Shown one piece after another: positions 59,701 to 64,000 of a stretch of 64,000 nt of DNA. Position 1 is the stretch's first letter. The number at the start of each line of letters is the position of its first letter. The DNA comes from an uncultured Actinomycetota bacterium (GTDB lineage Bacteria > Actinomycetota > Actinomycetes > Sporichthyales > Sporichthyaceae): contig OY969798.1 of NCBI GenBank assembly GCA_963703165.1, positions 4,622,585-4,686,584 on the forward strand, written 5' to 3'. A program made the translations under genes and the position numbers. The notes beneath the pieces are model-generated. The model ran no database searches and was not told where the DNA came from. It saw nothing but the letters and a program-made list of their open reading frames with translations.

Positions 59701-62220
59701 TCGGTCGCCGAGGTGGCGGAGGGCACCGCGGCCTTCGAGCCGCGCACGCTGGTCGTGGACATCTACCTGTCCTGGGCCGACGCCCCCGCCGACCAGGGCC
59801 AGGTCGCCGCGGCGTTGCGGGACGCTCTCGCGGAGCTACCGCTGCCGGACACGCTGCGTCGCGTCACCATCGGTGTCGCGGGCGAACTTGCCGCACGGGC
59901 GCACTATCTGACGTTCCGTCCGATCGAGGGCAGCCTCCAGGAGGACCGCCTCATCCGCGGCCTGCACCCGCTGGTGGCACAGCGCCTGGACCTGGCTCGG
60001 TTGAAGAATTTCGAACTGACCCGCCTGCCTGCCGACGAGGGTGTCTACCTGTTCAGGGCCGTCGGCCGGGAGAACCCGGAGGACGAACGACTCATCGCCC
60101 TCGGCGAGATCCGCGACGTCCACCCGTTGCGCGACGCGGCCGGCCGAGTGCTGGCCGTGCCCACGGTGGAGCGCGTCCTCGGTGGTTGCGTGGAGGCGAT
60201 CCGGGCGGAGCATTCGCAGCTGCCGGCAAAGCGACGTGCGGAGTCCAACCGCATCGTGCTCTCGGTCGCCCCGACCGCGAAGGTGCCGCTGGCGGAGATG
60301 CACCACGTGGTGCGCAACCTGGTTCCCATGACCGCCGGTGCGGGCCTCGAGGAGGTCATGGTCGTCGGTCGGCTGCAGGAGGCGGACAACGTCGAGGCCC
60401 ACGAGGTCGCGGTGCTGATCTCCTACCGCCACGGTGCAGGCGTGCAGATCTCGGTCACCGAACGGCCGAAGGAGCCGCTCCCGCCGCTGGACGAGTACGC
60501 GATGAAGGTGCGCTCCTCGGCCGCCCGCGGCACCATCTATCCCTACGAACTCGTCAAGATGCTGGTCGGCGAGAACGGCAACTTCGTCGAGCACGATCTC
60601 GACGACGACGGGACGCTCGTCCCGGTGCGTCGTGCCCCCGGCAAGAACAAGGCGGGCATCGTCGCGGGCCTGGTCACGACCCCGACCGAGCGCTACCCGG
60701 AGGGCATGACCCGGGTGATCCTGCTCGGCGACCCGACGAAGTCTCTGGGCTCGGTGGCCGAGGCCGAGTGCCACCGCGTCTGCGCCGCGTTGGACCTGGC
60801 CGAGTCCAAGGGCTACCCCGTCGAGTGGTTCGCCCTGTCCTCCGGTGCCCGCATCTCCATGGAATCCGGCACGGAGAACATGGACTGGGTCTCCCGTGCA
60901 TTGCGCCGGATCATCGAGTTCACCCAGGCCGGCGGCGAGGTCAACGTCGTCGTCGCGGGCATCAACGTCGGTGCCCAGCCGTACTGGAACGCCGAAGCCA
61001 CGATGCTCATGCACACCAAGGGCATCCTGGTGATGACGCCGGACTCGGCGATGGTGCTGACCGGCAAGCACTCACTGGACTACGCGGGCGGTGTTTCCGC
61101 CGAGGACAACTTCGGCATCGGTGGCTACGACCGCGTCATGGGCCCGAACGGTCAGGCGCAGTACTGGGCGCCGAACATGACCGCCGCCATCCACATCCTC
61201 TTCACCCACTACGAGCACGCCTACCGGGCGCCGGGGGAGCGCTTCCCCCGTCAGGCCTCGACGACCGACCCGCGCGAGCGGGATGTGCGCGACTACCCGC
61301 ATGTGCACCCAGGCAGCGACTTCACCCGGGTCGGGGACATTTTCTCGGAGGAGAAGAACGGCGAACGCAAGAAGCCCTTCGACATCCGCACCGTGATGCG
61401 TGCGGTCTCCGACGCCGATCACGCGGTGATGGAGCGGTGGGCCGGCATGGCCGACGCGGACACCTCGGTGGTGTTCGACGCGCACCTCGGCGGTATCCCG
61501 GTGCAGCTGATCGGCATCGAGTCCAAGCCGATCCCGCGTCGGGGCTACCTACCCAAGGACGGACCGGACATCTGGACCGGCGGCACGTTGTTCCCGATGT
61601 CGTCGAAGAAGACCGCGCGCGCCATCAACGCCGCCAGCGGTGTGCGTCCGCTGGTGGTGCTGGCGAACCTCTCCGGCTTCGACGGCTCACCGGAGTCGCT
61701 GCGCAACACCCAGCTCGAACTCGGCGCCGAGATCGGCCGGGCCATCGTGAACTTCGACGGCCCGATCGTCTTCACCGTCATCTCCCGCTACCACGGTGGT
61801 GCCTTCGTGGTGTTCTCCGGCGCGTTGAACGAGAACATGGAGGTCATCGCCGTCGAAGGCTCCTACGCCTCGGTGCTCGGTGGTGCGCCGGCGGCGGCCA
61901 TCGTGTTCGTCGGTGAGGTGCGCAAGCGCACCAACTCGGACCCCCGGATCAAGGAGCTCGAGGCGGCGCTGGCCGCTGCCGAGGGTTCGGCGGCGGCGGC
62001 CTTGCGGGTGGAGCTCGCCGACCTGCGCAACACCGTGCGGATCGAGAAGCTCGGGGAGGTCGCGGACGAGTTCGAGAGCATCCATGACATCCGTCGGGCG
62101 CAGAAGGTCGGCTCGGTACACACGATCATCGCGGCGTCGGACCTGCGTCCGTACCTGATCAGCGCAGTCGAGCGGGGCATGGCCCGCACGCTCGGAACCG
62201 CTCCTGACCAAGGCATCTGA
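56712..62220 (+). CDS. eukaryote-like single-chain acyl-CoA carboxylase (biotin carboxylase - BCCP - central domain - carboxyltransferase), frame switch near 58655
   Basis: The GTG at 56712 is preceded by an AAGAGG ribosome-binding site. BC domain (FERIAIVNRGEAAVRLIRAV...). BCCP domain (ATVAVLEAMKMETPILAPVSGRV). After a 1-nt frame change at about 58655, a long central domain. Then an ACC-type CT domain (GIVAGLVTTPTERYPEGMTRVILLGDPT...MLMHTKGILVMTPDSAMVLTGK). Combined length is about 1835 aa. Confidence 0.65.
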
Positions 62221-62288
62221 CCCTCCGACAGGAATGGTGAATGGCCGGGCGGCCACCACCGCCCGGCCATTCACTGTCGAGCTGTCGG

Positions 62289-63146
62289 TCAGACCGCCGG
62301 CGCCGACGACGGGGAGACGTCGCCGTGCTTCGCGCCGTTCTTGTGCGGCTGCTCGACCTTCGCGTGGCCCTTGCCGATCTTGGCATCGGTGTCGTCGGCG
62401 TCGGTGTCGTCGCCTGCTGCCTTCTTGACCTGGCCGGGGGCGGTGGCCTTGCCCTTGCCGGCGGCAGGCTGGCCGTCCTCCTTCAGCTGGCCGGGAGCGG
62501 TCGCCTTGCCCTTGCCGGCGGCAGGCCGGCCGTCCTCCTTCAGCTGGCCGGGAGCGGTCGCCTTGCCGTTCTCGCCGTCCTCCTCCGCCGCGGTGACCGG
62601 GCTCTCGACCGGCGCGACAGGAGTGGTGCCGAGAATGCCGAGGCAGAAGGCGGACACCTGCTCCGGTCCGCCGGCGGCCGTGATGAGGCGCGCGAACGCG
62701 GTGCTGTCGGCAGCCTTGCCGGGGTTCTTCAGCGCGTTGCCCTCGGTGGCCGCGGTGCACAGTCCGCTCCAGTCCCGGACCTTGGTCTCCTTGGCGGCCT
62801 TCTCCGCCTTGGCCTTCTTCGCGGCCTTCGCTTCCGAGCCGACGATCGGGGTGTCCGACGGGACGGGAAGGGCGCCGGTGCCGGCTGCCAGTGCGACGCC
62901 ACCCATTCCGGTGACGGCGATGGTCAGCGCGGCGGCCTTGACGGTGAGTACGCGGGCGACACGGTTCATGAAGGGAACGCTCCTCGGGTCGTGGACTTCT
63001 CGCCGAGCCGCCCGGAACGCTGCCAGCGCGGCAGCCTCACCCCGCATGTCCGCGGGGGACGCCGGCGCGGCCGCGGCCTGCAGCAGCTCGGCGAGGCGCT
63101 CCGACGGGGCGTCGGAGCGGAACGGGGGAATCGGCTCGGTGTTCAT
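62289..63146 (-). CDS. putative anti-sigma factor (membrane-spanning, with tandem 19-aa repeats)
   Basis: Its ATG overlaps the ECF sigma stop (ATGA). Central TM helix (VKAAALTIAVTGMGGVALAA). Repeat GKGKATAPGQLKEDG(R/Q)PAA occurs three times. Confidence 0.5.
   Translation of the reverse strand: MNTEPIPPFRSDAPSERLAELLQAAAAPASPADMRGEAAALAAFRAARREVHDPRSVPFMNRVARVLTVKAAALTIAVTGMGGVALAAGTGALPVPSDTPIVGSEAKAAKKAKAEKAAKETKVRDWSGLCTAATEGNALKNPGKAADSTAFARLITAAGGPEQVSAFCLGILGTTPVAPVESPVTAAEEDGENGKATAPGQLKEDGRPAAGKGKATAPGQLKEDGQPAAGKGKATAPGQVKKAAGDDTDADDTDAKIGKGHAKVEQPHKNGAKHGDVSPSSAPAV
62425..62576. repeat. 57-bp tandem repeat (about 2.5 copies) inside the anti-sigma factor gene
   Basis: The unit GGCCGGGAGCGGTCGCCTTGCCCTTGCCGGCGGCAGGC(T/C)GGCCGTCCTCCTTCAGCT is repeated head-to-tail. 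Confidence 0.5.
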
Positions 63147-63781
63147 CTCACTTCCTTCAGCGCATCGGCCTGGATTTCTGTCACACCTGGCTCCTCGGCG
63201 AGCACCTGAGCCAGCCGCGCCAGGCCCCGTGAGGCGCAGGTACGCACCGCTCCGGCCTTCTTGCCGAGCACGTCAGCCGCGCTCTGAGCGTCCAGTCCCA
63301 CGACGACGCGCAGCAGCACGGCCTCCGCCTGGTCCTGGGGCAGCGTCGCGATCAGTGCCAGCGCACGATCGGTGCTGATCCGTTCGGCCACCGCTTCCAG
63401 TACGTCATCGGACGCCATCGGTTCCGGTACCGCGTCGAGTTCGAGGTCGGACAGTTGTGGGCGACTACGGGCACGGCGTAGGTGGTCCAGCGCCCGGTTG
63501 CGCGCGATGGTCGCACTCCAGGCGCGAAAGGCCCGCCCGTCCCCGGAGAACTTCGGCAGGTCCCGCACGATCTGCAGCCACGCCTCGGCCGCGACGTCCT
63601 CCGCCTCGGAGCCGACGAGCGCGCCGAGGTAGCGCACCAGGCCGGCGGCAACCGTCCGGTAGACGACGATGAAGGCGACCTCGTCTCCGCCGGCCGCGGC
63701 GAGGACGGCGGCCGTCAGAGCGGCGCCGCGATCCTCGGTCGAGGTCTCGGATTGCTCGGGCGAGCGACGTTGGCGCAGCAC
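63143..63781 (-). CDS. ECF (group 4) sigma-70 factor
   Basis: Region 2 (AEAWLQIVRDLPKF) and region 4 HTH (QDQAEAVLLRVVVGLDAQSAADVLGKKAGAVRTCASRGLARL). Length is 212 aa. Confidence 0.8.
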   Translation of the reverse strand: MLRQRRSPEQSETSTEDRGAALTAAVLAAAGGDEVAFIVVYRTVAAGLVRYLGALVGSEAEDVAAEAWLQIVRDLPKFSGDGRAFRAWSATIARNRALDHLRRARSRPQLSDLELDAVPEPMASDDVLEAVAERISTDRALALIATLPQDQAEAVLLRVVVGLDAQSAADVLGKKAGAVRTCASRGLARLAQVLAEEPGVTEIQADALKEVR

Positions 63782-64000
63782 GCCGTGGCACCTCCTCGGA
63801 CGGACAGGGCGTATCGGTCGGACGCCGTCCGGGGGTGGCGCGTTGCATCGCAGCCGGGAAACAGGTCGTCCGGAGGATGCGTGGATGGTCCGTTCGGCTG
63901 ACGGTCAGGCAATTGCCGGCGAGATTCTGACCGTCACTCAGGCACGCGGGTTGGTCCCCGTACGGGGGCATCTTCACCCCCTTCTTACTCGGTTCTTCCG

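Overview
This window is high-GC (roughly 70%) actinobacterial DNA (Actinomycetota, Mycobacterium/Nocardioides-like). The cobalamin gene order matches the mycobacterial cob region. Nearly all genes are called from protein motif recognition in the supplied ORF translations and from start-codon context. No homology search was run. Long ORFs on the opposite strand of recognisable genes were treated as high-GC artefacts. Features, from start to end: (1) 1-3.8 kb: a window-truncated NB-ARC-type regulator, a small secreted protein, and an OmpR response regulator translationally coupled to a hybrid GAF sensor kinase. (2) 4-6.5 kb: an AmiS/UreI-family channel, a YcnI/DUF1775 protein and a frame-switched DUF222-HNH endonuclease gene. 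(3) 6.6-13.5 kb: an aromatic-oxidation island with an IclR regulator divergent from a StyA-like flavin epoxidase, an MBL hydrolase, a PheA/TfdB-type FAD hydroxylase, a secreted repeat protein and a PhyH dioxygenase. (4) 13.5-23.2 kb, the main system: a seven-gene minus-strand operon. It encodes a group-4 soluble di-iron alkene monooxygenase (beta, coupling protein, alpha, reductase) followed by the coenzyme-M epoxide pathway (NADPH:2-ketopropyl-CoM oxidoreductase/carboxylase, a single short-chain dehydrogenase, a MetE-like epoxyalkane:CoM transferase). The genes are tightly coupled and end in a perfect hairpin. A divergent GAF-PucR regulator sits upstream. This gene order differs from the etnEABCD and xec arrangements I know. 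(5) 23.2-30.3 kb: an uncharacterised regulatory/redox island. It holds two Mtq2/HemK-like methyltransferase paralogs (one with degenerate catalytic motifs), a SigF-like sigma factor, a heme-oxygenase-like di-iron enzyme, a CDGSH Fe-S protein, a GAF-ANTAR regulator, KaiC, and a PP2C phosphatase fused to a KaiB domain. (6) 30.9-43.8 kb: an SPFH-DUF4339 protein coupled to a double zinc-ribbon membrane protein, a PBP1-type penicillin-binding protein, a second GAF-ANTAR gene, and two paralogous Gly-rich beta-helix secreted proteins. (7) 43.8-56.5 kb: an aerobic cobalamin cluster (cobN with a candidate B12 riboswitch, cobG, cobH, cobIJ, cobK, cobM, cobL, cobF) with an embedded F420-type PPOX gene. 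(8) 56.7-63.8 kb: a eukaryote-like single-chain acyl-CoA carboxylase (about 1830 aa) and an ECF sigma/anti-sigma pair. At least eight otherwise convincing genes carry single-base frame switches. This density suggests assembly indel errors as much as pseudogenisation.
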